A DNA stretch of 64,000 nt from Nematostella vectensis. Its lineage: Eukaryota. Position numbers and translations under genes: made by a program. A model generated the notes under the pieces. That model did no database searches. It worked only from the letters and a program-made list of their open reading frames with translations, and was not told the origin of the DNA. Every line of letters starts with the position of its first letter. The stretch's first letter is position 1. The DNA lies in the NCBI RefSeq assembly GCF_932526225.1, contig NC_064039.1:6257459-6321458 (forward strand), given 5' to 3'. Of the stretch, positions 22,823 to 37,800 are shown in pieces.

Positions 22823-25800
22823 ATGAGTAATGTTGTGCGAATACAGCCGTTGCAGTACGTCCACGTACAGGATCTGGTATGCAAACGGCCTCAACACCAA
22901 AAGATTCTTTCCTTCACTGTAGTTATTTTATCATAGTCCTTCAGCCGTATTAATTTTCCGGTTTGCTTTCGATAAAAAAAAGCTTCTTATTTCTTATACT
23001 TAATTATATTGTAAACAAAGTACACCACCCCCATTACAAAAGCGTTCTTTAGCGATAATTGCAAGTCATTTTGTATTTAAATTTAAAGCTGGTCTATCCA
23101 GAGACACACAAAACTGCATTTTTTTGTATTGCATTTAAGCTCATTTTCTTCTCTCATCAAATAAACGATAATATGTTCTTATTGCAAACAAATATTAACC
23201 ACTGCTTTGTATCTTGGTAGATTTTTAAGTGAGAAAATATTTAACTTAAAAAAAATAATTCTTGACACTTTTGTATTCTTAACTGTAGAATACCAACATC
23301 ACCGTGCTGGAGGTTGGCCCAAAATGCATGATACTACAGGATAATTATGTATTGGTGAAAGGTCCTTTGCCGTTCATCGTGGTACCCCCTGGGCATTACT
23401 GCGTTATTGAAAACCCTGCCACGTGAGTATCTGCATGCACTGTCCCCAAATCTGGACACTCCCCCACCCATAGGCCCAAGTTTATGGACCTAGAAATGGA
23501 CCACAGTCTATAAAACCAGACAAGGACTTCCCAGTCTGAGTGGGGATAAATACTAGATATAATAGTTTCACATTTTGGGAATGTATGGATACCACTTGAA
23601 TGTTGAGGTAATTTTGGTCACATATGGAGCCATAAAGATGTCCATGTTGTCCATTGGTTTAGGGAAATTTAATTAACCAAGATTTCATTTTGATAGTAAA
23701 AAAACTAAAAAAATATGCACCAGAGAATGCTGCTACATATAAGGCCCTTGCTCATTTTGGAAAAAAATATCCAAATTTGTTTCAAATGGTCAGAAATGTA
23801 CTAAAATAAACACATTATAAAAAAAATTGATTTATCTAAGAAAAGAAGACCTTATTGTGCATGCTTTTGATTTTAGTGATACCCATGAACCAGGCAAGCT
23901 GAGCAATCTACGCCATGGTTATAGAGAAATGAGGTTCCATAAGGTAAGATATTAAATTGTGTTGATTTTTGCTCAAAGAATTATTCATAAATTTTGAAAA
24001 TTGGGATTTTTCATTAAAGGAGCCCTTTCCACTTTATCCTGGAGAGATTCTTGTTGGAGTGACTGATGAAAAAGGTTAGTTGTTCTTCTGTCAGTTTTTG
24101 ACAAATATTGTGTAATGGAAATTGTCATGAAGTATAGGAAGGCAGCTAGGCAGAATTAGGTGAGGAAGGTGTACAGTCCTATGTACCATATGGAAAAAGG
24201 ATAGTATTTGTGGATCATTCAATAACAAATTACCCACTTTTTGTGGAAAACACACAAACTATAAGCACCCCCCCCCCCATGTACACACCTAATCAGGGAC
24301 TTGTATGGTACACAGCAGCAATGTTAGTGTGGACTATGCTTGTTTTTGTTTTGCAAATGTTAGAATATATCTTTGAATGTATGATAGCAATCATGGATAA
24401 AAAAGCATCAAAAATGAAAAAAAGTAAAACAGGTGTAGCAAGGATTGATCTTAACTGTTCTATTTCTGCAATTAAAACATCCCTGTTTTCTATTTCTCAA
24501 GACTATTATAAAGCCATCAAGAAAGTTCCTGTCATAGCACCAGACCAAGGACTAAGGCTATGTGCCACTGTGGATCACATAGATGGGGAGGTGCAGCGAG
24601 TAGCAGGAGAAATGTGGCAACTTGAAGGCCCACTCACCTACCATCCAACTCCATATGCAGTGAGTATCCCTTACCTACCATCAAACCTATATGATGCAGT
24701 GAGTATCCCTTACTTACCATCCAACTCCATGATGCAGTGAGTATCTCTTACCTATCAGCCAACTCCATGATGCAGTGAGTATCTCTTACCTATCATCCAA
24801 CTCCATATGCAGTGAGTATCCCTTACCTATCAGCCAACTCCATATGCAGTGAGTATCCCTTACCTACCATCCAACTCCATATGCAGTGAGTATCCCTTAC
24901 CTATCAGCCAACTCCATGATGCAGTGAATATCCCTTACCTATCAGCCAACTCCATATGCAGTGAGTATCCCTTACCTATCAGCCAACTTCATATACAGTG
25001 AGTATCCCTTACCTATCAGCCAACTCCATATGGAGTGAGTACCCCTTACCTACCATCCAACTCCATGATGCAGTGAGTATCCCTTACCTACCATCAAACC
25101 TATATGATGCAGTGAGTATCCCTTACCTATCAGCCAACTCCATATGGAGTGAGTATCCCTTACCTACCATCCAACTCTATATGCAGTGAGTATCCCTTAC
25201 CTACCATCAAACCTATATGATGCAGTGAGTATCCCTTACCTATCAGCCAACTCCATATGGAGTGAGTATCCCTTACCTATCAGCCAACTCCATATGCAGT
25301 GAGTATCCCTTACCTATCAGCCAACTCCATGATGCAGTGAGTATCCCTTACCTATCATCCAACTCCATATGCAGTGAGTATCCCTTACCTAACAGCCAAC
25401 TCCATATGGAGTGAGTATCCCTTACCTACCATCCAACTCCATGATGCAGTGAGTATCCCTTACCTATCAGCCAACTCCATGATGCAGTGAGTATCCCTTA
25501 CCTATCAGCCAACCTCATATGCAGTGAGTAGCCCTTACCTATCAGCCAACTCCATATGCAGTGAGTATCCCTCACTTACCACCCAATTCCATATGCACAA
25601 AAGGAAAAGGTTAGGCTGTTTAGGGGTTGTTTTGTATTTAAAAGGTATTCAGGTATTTTGTTTCTTCTACTTTGTTGACAGGAAGTGACATCAACCATCA
25701 AAGCCAGCATTATCCACCCTGGGGAGGCAATAAGGCTCAAAGCAAAGCAAGATCTAATAGACAAACATGGAAAGTAAGAAGTCTAAAATAAGATATAATT

Positions 25801-28800
25801 AATAATAGCAATGACCTATCACAAATAAGTCATATTCGACCTCACTGCTTGGCATACACTAGCAGGGGTGGGTCCGGGGATTTTTGAAGGGAAAGAGGGT
25901 GGATAGGTGTGAAGGCAACCTCCGCAGCACCCCCTTGATCCACTACTACCTAGCTACAAGCACACAATTCTTTATTCACAGATACTTAAAAATAATATTA
26001 TTTTAATTGGGGCATACTGTTTTCAGAGCCACACCTTTGCACATAACATGTTTATTAATCTGGTTATCAATCAGGTTATACACCTATAGCAATTAAGGTG
26101 ATCTATAAAAAATGGAAAATGATCAATGCCAAACACCACTGGTCAATGAAAACAAGTCTTGTATCTGTTTATAACATTTAGTGGGGCTAAATCATAGCAA
26201 TAGCAGGCCACATAAGATTGGGGGAGGGGGGCACAATACAACAACATTAAGAAAATATTTGGGGGGGGGACGCCCCTATTGGTAATTTCCTTATAATTTT
26301 TGAAAATATTGGTGGGGGTCACATGCCCCCAGTGCCCCACCCCCTGCTATGGCAATGTAATGAATGAATGAATTTTTAATACAAGAAAACATTATTATTT
26401 GCCAAACTTTGTTCCATCCATTCTCTTATAGTCAAACTTTATTGAAATAGGGGAATATGATGTTGGGGAAATAAAACTTGTTACCACCTCGCCTTTAAAA
26501 TGAACTCTGCTTCTGGGTGTTGTCTTAGGAAACGAGTTACTGGTGAGGAGTGGCTGGTGCGGGAGCCAGGTGCTTATTTGCCAGGAATCTTTGAACAGGT
26601 GTGAATCAGTGGAAAAAAAACTAGTGTGTTCATAGTAAAGTTGATTTCTCTTCGTGCAACTATGTAGTGAAAGGACCACTGGGCCCCAATTGGTCTTTTG
26701 TGAGCTCTTGTGAGCATTTGCTGTAAAAGCACCCTAAAATATTGTGAACAATTGGACATTGCTGGAAATTAAAATATTTGCTTTGGAATCGTAAACAATC
26801 TGTAGTAAAAAAGTCAAGCATGTGGACATTGGAAAAGAAATGCATACAAGCATCCAAACTTTTAAAATTTATGGGACCATTAAGGCCCTTTTGGATAAGA
26901 AACTTACTTCTTGCCTTCCGCTGACCATATATTTGCAGGTCAAAGGTGTCCAGGGAGCCTACACACTTACTCTCGAAAATGCCTTGCATATGATGGCCAA
27001 GGAAACATGTACTGATGGCCTCGGGAAGAAAAGGTGATTGCATATTATTACTCAACTTTTGCTTAAGAGTCGCATGTACTTATCTAGGAAAGTGTTCTCA
27101 AATTGCGATAAAAAGAGGCATTGATTGTAAAAGCGATGCCTGATTTAGAGGGTCATGGAACAATAGCAGATGTTCATAGGCCTTTAGTATGAGTTAGATC
27201 CACGACACCGGAAAGAGGATGATGGTTTGTGCATGTCTGATTGCACACACATCCATTTCTTGCAGATATCACATTGTTTTTAGGACAGCATTTCATGCTT
27301 TCCCTTGCCCCAACAGGATCTGGCACTGGCAAAAATAAGTTTGGATACAGAATGAAGCATACAGAAGCCAGTGCTACCGGAATCGTAGACCTAAATCACC
27401 CTTTTGTTTCTATGGAAGGGGGATCTTTCTCTCATTACTGTACAACTGCAGCAAACCTTTAATTGTATACCCTTGAATACCATGTATCTTAGATATCAAT
27501 TATAGAAACTATTAACTTTCTAGTTTTGTTCAGCATTTGGCCTATTCAATGAAGATAGTTTTGTTCAGCATTTGACCTATTCAATGAAGACTAGTGATGA
27601 AAAACACTTGGTCAAAGCCATCTCTTTGGTTTTGCTTTTAATGTACAAGCTGATGTAACATCTCCTCTGGTCTTGCCCTCTAGAAATGCTGGTGATGAGT
27701 GGCTTGTCACCATAGATGATACTGAATCTTATATCCCAGAGGTTTCCGAGGTGAGATCATGGCCCCAATGTTTTAGATTTCCACTTTTCTCATGCTATGA
27801 TAAGGTTCTTCTAATCACACTGACTGAGAAATAAGCGCAAAAAACTTTCCCGTCAAGAATATACATTTAAGTAGCTTGTGATTGGAAATAATTGATGAGA
27901 TTCTGTAGGCTGCTTACATTTGAGTTGCCAATTAAACAAAATTCAGCCTATATACATAGAGCTTGTGTTCTTGTGGGCTAGTTTTGGGGTCCAAAAATAT
28001 GGGGCTGTGTGAAAATGTGCTTTTTGATGGTAGTAGTGATCTTAATCACATTCTTTCTTTGTAGCACTTAGTTAAGCAAGTCAGCAAGACAATCCTGAAG
28101 AAAAGCCAGTTTTGTGTGGTCTTAGATCCAGTCAACAGCAAAGGGAAAAATCAGCTGGGCAAAAAAGAGCTGCGTAAGGGGGTCATTTCCTTCTTCTTGC
28201 ATCCAGGTAAACACCGGTGTATAGATTACATATCTTTGCTCAAAAGTGTGATAGATGATTTTGTTTCTTAAGGATAATTGCATGCTCATAGACTACACGC
28301 CATGCCTCACCTCAAACGTCCAGTTCAACTTTGCAATATAAAATTATGTGATTTTTTGGGTGGCAAACACGCCGAAACAGAAATGGCCGTGTCCCTCGCA
28401 CCAGAGAGCGACGAAAAGATAAAATCTGTCAATGAAAATGATTTTTTAGGGATGAGTACGTCGTTTTTTATTGTAATTATATGTCACCAAAAGACGGAGC
28501 ATGCGCGAGTCCAAAAAGTCACTTGATCTTCTAGTGCATGTCGCCCTCTCTACCTTGACAAGGCTTTTCATTTTAATTTGTCTTTTGTGTTTTACACAGT
28601 AAGGTTTAGATTTCAAAGGGAATGGATTATTACTCAATACAAAGGCAGTAGGCAATTACTTGGACATTGGCTTGGCTTAGGGCTCGTCTCACTATATCTG
28701 ATACATGATTTTCTATATTACATCAGGCGAGTCTCTCGAAGCGGGGGTACAGACCGCCCACATCCTTGAAGCCGATGAGTCGCTTGTCCTGTCAGCTGTC

Positions 28801-31800
28801 AACAAGTTTAAGGACAATTCTTATCCTAAAGGTAAAAGCATGTTTTTTTTTTTTGTCGTCAATCATAATTCCAACTGATATAAACATATGCGTGCATTGC
28901 TCATGGATTCCAATTATTATTCCTGCCCATTCCCATTTGCTTTCTCAAAATTCCAATTGACAACGTGTGTCTTCAAGCATTTGCGCGTCTTTACCAGGAG
29001 ATTTCTCTTAATTTCCTCATGATTTCTAATGACGCGTGCTTGCTTATCATCACGGTGCATCGCTTATTGTTTTCTTTTTCTTTGATGGTTTCCTATTGAT
29101 GACATGCGTTCGTTGATAATCAGCGTGTACTTAACCATCGTTGCTTATTCTTTTCTTATAATTTCAATTGATGACGCACGTTCCTTTATCATTAGCGCAT
29201 ATTGCTCATTGTTTTCTCATAATTCCAATTCGTGATTTGCGTTCTTTTTAGCATTAGCGCGTATTGCTCGTTGGTTTCTCATAATTCCAATTGATAAAGC
29301 GCGTTCTTTTATCATCAGCGCGTATTGCTTATTGTTTTCTCATAATTCCTATTGCTAACGCGCGTTCTTTAAGCATTTTCGCGTATTACTCATTGTTTTC
29401 TTAAAATTCCTATTCATGACGCGCGTTCTTTTAGCATCAGCGCGTATTGCTCATTGTTTTCTCATAATTCCAATTCGTGATGTACGTTCTTCTAAGCATT
29501 AGCGCGTATTGCTCAATGTTTTCTCATAATTTCAATTGCTAACGCGCGTTCTTTTATCATCAGCGCGTATTGCTTATTGTTTTCTCATAATTCTTATTGA
29601 TAAAGCGCGTTCTTTTATCATTAGCGCGTATTGCTCATTGTTTTCTCATAATTCCTATTGATGAGGAGGTTATCATATAAAAGAAATAAATGAATGCTAT
29701 GCTATGCTCTGGCTTACGGATAACACGGAATAGTTAAACCTCATCAATAAAGCGAATACAGTAGATGCCTTCTCTTGTATCGTGCGAGTATTAGTGACCA
29801 CAATAATGAGCATATAATCAAATGAAATGGGTATTTGAGATCCAAGGTGCCTCTTGACGGTGATAAACCCATCTCGAGCATATTTTATTTGATCCCTCAG
29901 AACCGGTTACCCGTCTTCCTGGTGATCGATGGATGATTCTCGGCCCCATGGATTACGTACCTCCAATCGAGGTCAAGATTATCGCCAGGAGGTATCGTAT
30001 AATATTCTATTTATACAGGTGAATGTATTGCTGGCTTGTGTACAGTGTATTCTAGGCTAAAGGCTTACGTATCATTGTAAAACCGACGTCGCGAGCGACG
30101 CCTGTCACTTTTATAGGCATACTATATCGTCAGACTAACTAAAACAAGTGCTGACAATTTTGACTTTCAGGAAAAACAATTTTGCTTAAAGCCGCATTGT
30201 CACCAGTTTACTTCCGGTCGATTATGTAACAATCTCCGATGATTTTTAACGGAAAACGCGAACAATATTTCAAAATATTTAAGGCAGTGTGTCTATTGGA
30301 AGTTTCTTCGAGGATGTGATCGATAATTTAGAGCAGATGGCCTGTTGAATATCTCGGATTTTAATAGATCCTTTTGTCTTTTAACGGTTAAGGTTTCCGT
30401 CGGACCTCCGGAAGTAAACTGGTGACAATGCGGCTTTAACTAGAATGTTTCTACCTATACTTAACATAGCATTATTGTTGTATTTTAGGAAAGCGATTCC
30501 CTTGAATGAAAATGAAGGCGTATATGTGCGAGATACACAAAGTGGAGCTGTAAGTCATGGTCATACCAAAGCCATGCGCGAGTTTCCTGCGATTAATATT
30601 ACAATAGGGGACTTGCGCTAAGAGATCACGTGACTGTTTGGGTGGCAAACGCTCAGGCTTTAAGCGGCAAAATAACAGCAACAAAAAGCAACTTATCAGC
30701 GCTCACGTGAAAAGCCAGAATTCTTTTCTGTCAGAAAGTTTCATTTAAAGATTTTATTTTTTCGTCGTTCTCTTGTGTGACGGGCGCAGTCATTTCTGGT
30801 TTTGTTTGTTTTATTATTTTGTTTTGAATCTGCCAACCAGAAAGGTCACGTGATCTCTTAGCGGCTATTTATTGTATTTGTAGGTACGCGCCGTTATGGG
30901 TCCTCAGTCATATCTCCTCAACACATTTGAGGAGCTCTGGGAGAAGGAACTCCCCGATGACATGGAAAAAATTCTCAGGTGGGATCATCTGTCACCGCTA
31001 ATCTGAGTTGTGCATATTTTAAATTGTTTGGTTTTCCTTTAAGCACACAGTCCATTCTATTCTTGAGTGAGAGTACTTTCTTGAGTGAGAGTACTTTCAA
31101 ATCAGACAACAGTTCCCGGTATAGACGTCCATATTGTCTACAATACTCAACCAAACATTGTGATGTTAAAATCCGTACATGTTATTGGTTCTTTTGTTGG
31201 TCGTTATAGTTAATGGCATGGCATTACTGTCGAATCCGTTGTATCGCGACACTGCTCTTCAAAACATCGATTTGTTGTTGTCTTTTGGGGTTTTCTGTTC
31301 CGCCTGTCAAATTATTCTAAGCCAATCAGATTCATGCCATCTCTCGCCTAGTGGAGTAAGTACGCAGCTGCTTTGTCTCCTATTATCTTTGTTTTACAAA
31401 GGAGTTCTTTTGTCTCTATTCTTCTCGTTCTTTGTGTCGAGGTGCGAATATTGTTCATTTGCCCAATCAAATTGCAGCTTGTAAGAGCTGCGTACTGACC
31501 CGCCTAGTGCAGTTGCCTGGCTTTCTGTTGCAAAACTGTCTTGTTTTTGTCCAGAGGATAGCCAGGGAAGTGCACAAAGCAAGACTCTGATTGGCTCAGA
31601 ATGGTTTTACTGACGAAACAGAAAACCAAAACAAATCGTGTTTTGAAAAAGTGGGTCTCGATACAACGGATTCGACAGTAATCCATTTACATGCCCTTTA
31701 GCAAATATAATAAATACTTTTTAGAATTTTCTATTTTCATGGTTTAGAGATTTGTACCCCTATTTTGTTTGCAGACAAGGTGGGGGCTTTGGCTCTGAGG

Positions 31801-34800
31801 ATATCCGCAAGTTGGCTTACTTTGAGTCATCAATCGATCCTGCCCTCGCCAAACATGGTGTAAGCTTGACATACCACACCCATGTCCGCTACATGTGGCT
31901 AAACACCACGCCCATCCAATCTCATGCCAATCCTACCACACCCATGTCTGCTACCTCTGGCTAAACACCACGCCCATCCAATATCATGCCAATCCTACCA
32001 CACCCATGTCTGCTACCTATGGCTAAACACCACGCCCATCCAATCTGATGCCAACCCTACCACACCCATGTCCGCTACCTCTGGCTAAACACCACGCCCA
32101 TCCAATCTCATGCCAATCCTACCACACCCATGTCTGCTACCTCTGGCTAAAGACCACGCCCATCCAATCTGATGCCAATCCTACCACACCCATGTCCGCT
32201 ACATGTGGCTAAACACCACGCCCATCCAATCTGATGCCAACCCTACCACACCCATGTCCGCTACATGTGGCTAGACACCACGCCCATCCAATCTGATGCC
32301 AACCCTACCACACCCATGTCTGCTACCTATGGCTAAACACCACGCCCATCCAATCTCATGCCAACCCTACCACACCATTGTCCGCTACCTCTGGCTAAAC
32401 ACCACGCCCATCCAATCTCATGCCAACCCTACCACACCCATGCTCGTCCCCTTTGATTAAACACCAGGGACCAGTTCCTGAAAGGCCGATTAACTTAGCC
32501 CTAGATCAGCTGTAGATTAGCCTAATCCCGGGTTAAAATACGCTGATCGTGGGTTAGCTAACCTACGGATAACTCACACAAAGTTTGGGAGGCCTGTGTT
32601 ACGCCAACTAAACCGTAGGTTAGTGAGTTAACCCACCTCGCGAGTAGGGTTAGATTTTACCTTCAAACTAACCCAGAGTTAGCGTCAATGCGGGGGTGAA
32701 CATTTAATCGGGGTTAGGGCAAATTTATCCCTGGGTTAGCGCTAATCGGCTTTTCAGGAACCGGCCCCAGGAATACTAGAGCATTCCATCCAGGATTGTA
32801 ATAAAACTTGTGTTTTATATCCATCGTGTCTGACAACCCATCACGCCTCTCTCATAATCCCGGATACAACAGGACCCATTCTTCAAGGTTATTTCATGCA
32901 TTTTTCTCCCTTCCAGGGTCGTGATAAGACTCGTGTCGTAGTCTATAGGTGTCCTGGAAACACAGCTGTTCAGGTTAGCAAATTATTCATAGTTGTTTTG
33001 TTGTTGGCCTTAAGCCTCACTTAGCTCTTCTATTACAGGTATACGACTATCGCAGGAAATCAGCTCGATTCATATTTGGACCAGATTTGGTGAGTGACTT
33101 TACTCAAGTTATCTTCAAATACCCCCCCCCCCCCGCCCCTCCCCTCCCCCCCCCAATACAAGGATCACACCGCCTATTTCTTGTTGTTTTAGATGCGATT
33201 TATAAAAAAAAAAATATTCCTTCACGACTGAAGCCAAAACGTGTCTTCTGTTGATTACAGTATACGTTTTGACGATTAAAGCGACTCGATTCGTCCTGAT
33301 GAGCTCCATATTCCTCCATATGTCCGTCTCGTAGTGTTTTTAAGAACGACTGTTACGACTGGTATGACTATATGTCGCATGACTTCACTTACATAAAGTG
33401 TGTCTTGCAGGCGGTGCTTGGACCCCACGAGAGTTTTAATGTGCTGAGCCTTAGCGGTTAGTGTTCAACCCATGTTGTCATGCTAAAGGGGTGCTTAAAG
33501 GTGGTCTATAAAAAGGTGGTCGTTTCATACTATCGCATTGACTGAATTTAATGTAAAGCTGCATCGTCGACAGTTTACCTCAGGTCGAGTACGTAACAAT
33601 GTTAATGTCAAATAGCGCGGATTCTAATAGGTTCTATTGTCTTTTAACGCTTGAGCTTTCCGTCGGACCTTCAGAAGTAAACTGGTGACAATGCGTCTTT
33701 ATAAAGCATCTGTTGTTGTTTTAGATAGCCGTCATGAGTTTGATGTCATTATATTATTTAGCCGCTATTTTATTATATTTCTTCGATCAATAATCCCCTG
33801 CCTAGGAAATTAAATAGAGGTCGAACATGGGCAACCACATGTGGCCCACAGTATTGAAAGAGGCGCGAGGCGCACAATGGATTATATAGATCACTTTTTC
33901 TTTCCCAGTAACCATTGCACACCACGAAAAAAAGCTCGTCCTCCCGAGAACACCTTGCGTTCCTCTTATCCTGCTCTTCCTCACAGTTTTAGCTACTAAG
34001 TATAAGTCTGATCAAATATACTAAGTATAAGTCTGATCAAATATACTAAGTATAAGCCTGATCAAATATACTAAGTATAAGTCTGATCAAATATACTAAG
34101 TACAAGTCTGATCAAATATACTAAGTACAAGTCTGATCAAATGTACTAAGTACAAGTTTGATCAAATGTACTAAGTACAAGTCTGATCAAATGTACTAAG
34201 TATTAGTCTGATCGAATGTACTAAGTAAAAGTCTGATCAAATGTCTTTTGGCAGCCGGTAAGCCTAAACGTCCAAACGCCCTAAAGACAATCTGCCTGAT
34301 GCTAGGACCTGATTACATCACAGACTTGTTGGAGGTGAGCCCCCAGAAATTGTATCAGGAAAAAAATAAGCCCTTTTATAACAGTTAGGAGTATTTCACA
34401 CCTCAGTAACTCACAGACACCAAAAGCAAGAAAGTGTTTGACTTCTATTATTTTACAGCGCGAAAACCAGAGGCATTCTAATGTGTTGACGGTCTCGCGA
34501 AATACGTTTTGTCTAAAGATGTTAATGCTATTTTATCATAACTATTAGAACGTTGTGGTTGGAAATAGGGGCCTCGGGGGTCTATTGACACTCGCATAGG
34601 GCCTTGATTCGGGATTTCTGAATACCTACACTCGTGTTGCACATTTTAGGTGGAGACCACGGACCATGCAAGACTTCTGATCAAGATAGCCATGAACAAT
34701 TATTTCGACGTGAGTATCATAATGGTGTTCGTAAACTGCATGATATATATCCTGTATCTTTACTGATAAGGATTCGGTCGCATGTTAAAACGCGCTATGT

Positions 34801-37800
34801 ATTGACATATAAACGGAGTAAGGGCCATTTTTTAAGAAGTACTGTAGTACGATAACTCAGGAAATTAATGAGAACATAGCTTCTATAATCTATGGATTTT
34901 CCTCCTTCACATAGGTATGTCTTTATTGCAGGTTGATCCGTCTGATCCAGAAGCAGTGAAGGACATGTTTTCAGTACCAGACTTTATTGGATTCGTCTGC
35001 AAGAATATTGGTAAGTGTTTAAAGTTTATGATTCCTTTCCTCCCATCAACATTAGCGTTGTAAAAAGAGAGAAGATAAGATAGGAAAGAAAGTGAAGCTG
35101 TTGGAAATAACTTAAATTCTAGCTCTTAGGTTTGGTTTCAAGGTTAGGTGAAAAGTTCGAAAATGCTTGTCAGTACTGTATCTTTACGTGGCGTGGTTTT
35201 TCAGCGAGTCGCATCCGCGCTAATGTCGCGCAGGTGACGTTTGACGAGTTCCATCGCTACTCAGCCAAGATCATCAGGAAGGCGGTGTTTGGAGTGGATG
35301 AGAAAGGAAATGTCAGGAACAGACTGCGATTTGACGATAATCGATTGGTGAGTACTCATGATTTGGGTGTTTCAGCCACAAAGACTGCAAATAGAACATC
35401 CCAATTGACATATTGATATCGACAGAAGCAACAGAAAGTTAAACGTTTTTTATTATTATAAAGTTTTGCTCCACCCTAATGTAAGTTGGGTAGTATATGC
35501 TCAATTACGAGGGCTTAAATGAAAAGCCGTCTACATTACGGTAACGTTGGAAATAATCTCCCTCTACTCCCGGCTGCCCTTCGTTCTCCATACGTTTCTC
35601 TTGTGGGTCTGAATAGGGATGGTGATTGCATTCTCTTAGTGCAGCTTAATGTTTGCAACGGCTTTCACAAGTGACCATCCGCACGTCAATAGCCCTCGGC
35701 AGCATTCCCGTTTTGACGCACGTCTGTGGCTGTTTTCTATGCAGGTGGTGACTAACATAGATATCCAGAGCATCGAGCCTGTTGACCTGAATATGCGCGA
35801 CAGCCTCAGCAAGTCTGTGCAGATGGCCATTGAGATCTCCACAAAGTACGTCCATTACGTATAGACACCATACCACATTGAGATCTCCACAAGGTGCCTC
35901 CATTACCTATAAATTGCATACCACATCGTGATCTCAAAATAAATAGCATACTATCCATTACACTTCCATTTTTTTACCTCGTTCTCTAAAACGCTCCAGT
36001 GGTTTCGATTGTTTCAGGCAATGCCATGTATCAGTGTATTAGACAACCCCCCAGTAGTTCAACTCTCTTGTTTCGTCTAGATCTATTGAGATGGCTGCTG
36101 CACAGGAAGCCAAAAGAACGGAACAAGCTGCCCGAGGACAATTAGAACGACAAAAACTCACCAACGAAAAGGTAACTAAACTTATGAAACAAAAATACCA
36201 CCAGGAGGGTTCTGCCCATCTATTAGAACCATTTTGTGTCGTTGACATAGATTTTTGCATACAATGAATGGACTATAATTGTTTGCAGGATGCTGAGGCT
36301 GCCCGTAAGAACCTTTATGAGCTCCAGGCAATAACAGCAGCTGTAGAGTCGTCAGGGCAGACGAAAGCTGAGTCCAAGGTAAGGTGTCCATCTTACTCAT
36401 ATTTCTTTACCCCTTTTCTGTGGTCCTTCTACTTACTTTTTCCCTCCCCCTTCTTCCTCATTCACATCCCCCTTATTTACATCTTCTTTCCCTCACCCAA
36501 GCTTCATCCTCTGGATCCCTCATCCTCTTTCCCTCCTTCCTCCTCCACATCTCCCATACTCTTCTCCCCCTCCTTCTTCTTACACGTCTCCCATACTTTT
36601 TTCCCTCCCCCCTTCTTCCTCCTCCACGTCTCCCATACTTTCCCTCCCCCTTCTTCCTCCTTCACGTCTCCCATAATTTTTCCCTACCCCTTCTTCCTCC
36701 TTCACGTCTCTCATAATCTTTCCCTCCCCCTTCTTCCTCCTCCACGTCTCCCATACTCTTTCCCTCCCCCTTCTTCCTCCTTCACGTCTCCCATAATCTT
36801 TCCCTCCCCCTTCTTCCTCCTTCACGTCTCCCATACTCTTTCCCTCCCCCCTTCTTCCTCCTCCACGTCTCCCATACTCTTTCCCTCCCCTTCTTCCTCC
36901 TTCACGTCTCCCATACTCTTTTCCTCCCCCTTCTTCCTCCTCCATGTCTCCCATACTCTTTCCCTCCCCCTTCTTCTTCCTTCACATCTCCCATAATCTT
37001 TCCCTCCCCCTTCTTCCCCCTCCACGTCTCCCATACTCTTTCCCTCCCCCTTCTTCCTCCTTCACGTCTCCCATACTCTTTCCCTCCCCCTTCTTCCTCC
37101 TCCACGTCTCCCATACTCTTTCCCTCCCCCCTTCTTCCTCCTCCATGTCTCCCATAATCTTTCCCTCCCCCTTCTTCCTCCTTCACGTCTCCCATACTCT
37201 TTCCCTCCCCCTTCTTCCTCCTTCACGTCTCCCATACTCTTTCCCTCCCCCTTCTTCCTCCTTCACGTCTCCCATACTCTTTCCCTCCCCCTTCTTCCCC
37301 CTCCACGTCTCCCATACTCTTTCCCTCCCCCTTCTTCCTCCTCCATGTCTCCCATAATCTTTCCCTCCCCATTCTTCCTCCTCCACGTCTCCCATACTCT
37401 TTCCCTCCCCATTCTTCCTCCTCCACGTCTCCCATCTTCTTTTCCTTTCTTCTTCCTTTCTCCTTCACGTCTTCCATACTCTTTTATTTATCTCCATCTC
37501 CATTATCATCTTAATTCTTTATGTATTTTTCTAGGCAAAGGCGGAAAAACTCTTGATCGAAGGTCAAAGTGCGATAGAATGTAAGTTTAATTCAGGCGCA
37601 CCATCCGTTCACGGAGGATATGTTACTTGTTCGCGAATGAATGATCACAAATACGATATGTGGCCTAACTCAGTCAACGTTTCGATAACGAAAACCACAC
37701 CTAAAAACACACTTGCAACCTTATTATTAATCTATTTCTCAGCAACACCTTCATTTAGAGTTGTTAAAGTACCTGCGTAATTAATGCGTCCTTGACTTTA

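Noticed and set aside
24210-24740. 176-aa ORF treated as a single coding region
   Set aside because: Only 24502..24659 is MVP exon 5. The upstream part is intron 4, and the downstream part reads into the donor minisatellite.
36268-37584. Many long overlapping ORFs on both strands (up to 242 aa; Pro/Ser/Leu-rich on plus, Gly/Glu/Arg-rich on minus)
   Set aside because: They lie entirely within the 40-bp CT-rich minisatellite of MVP intron 25. Their periodic, stop-free frames are a repeat artefact, and the flanking MVP exons splice across the region.
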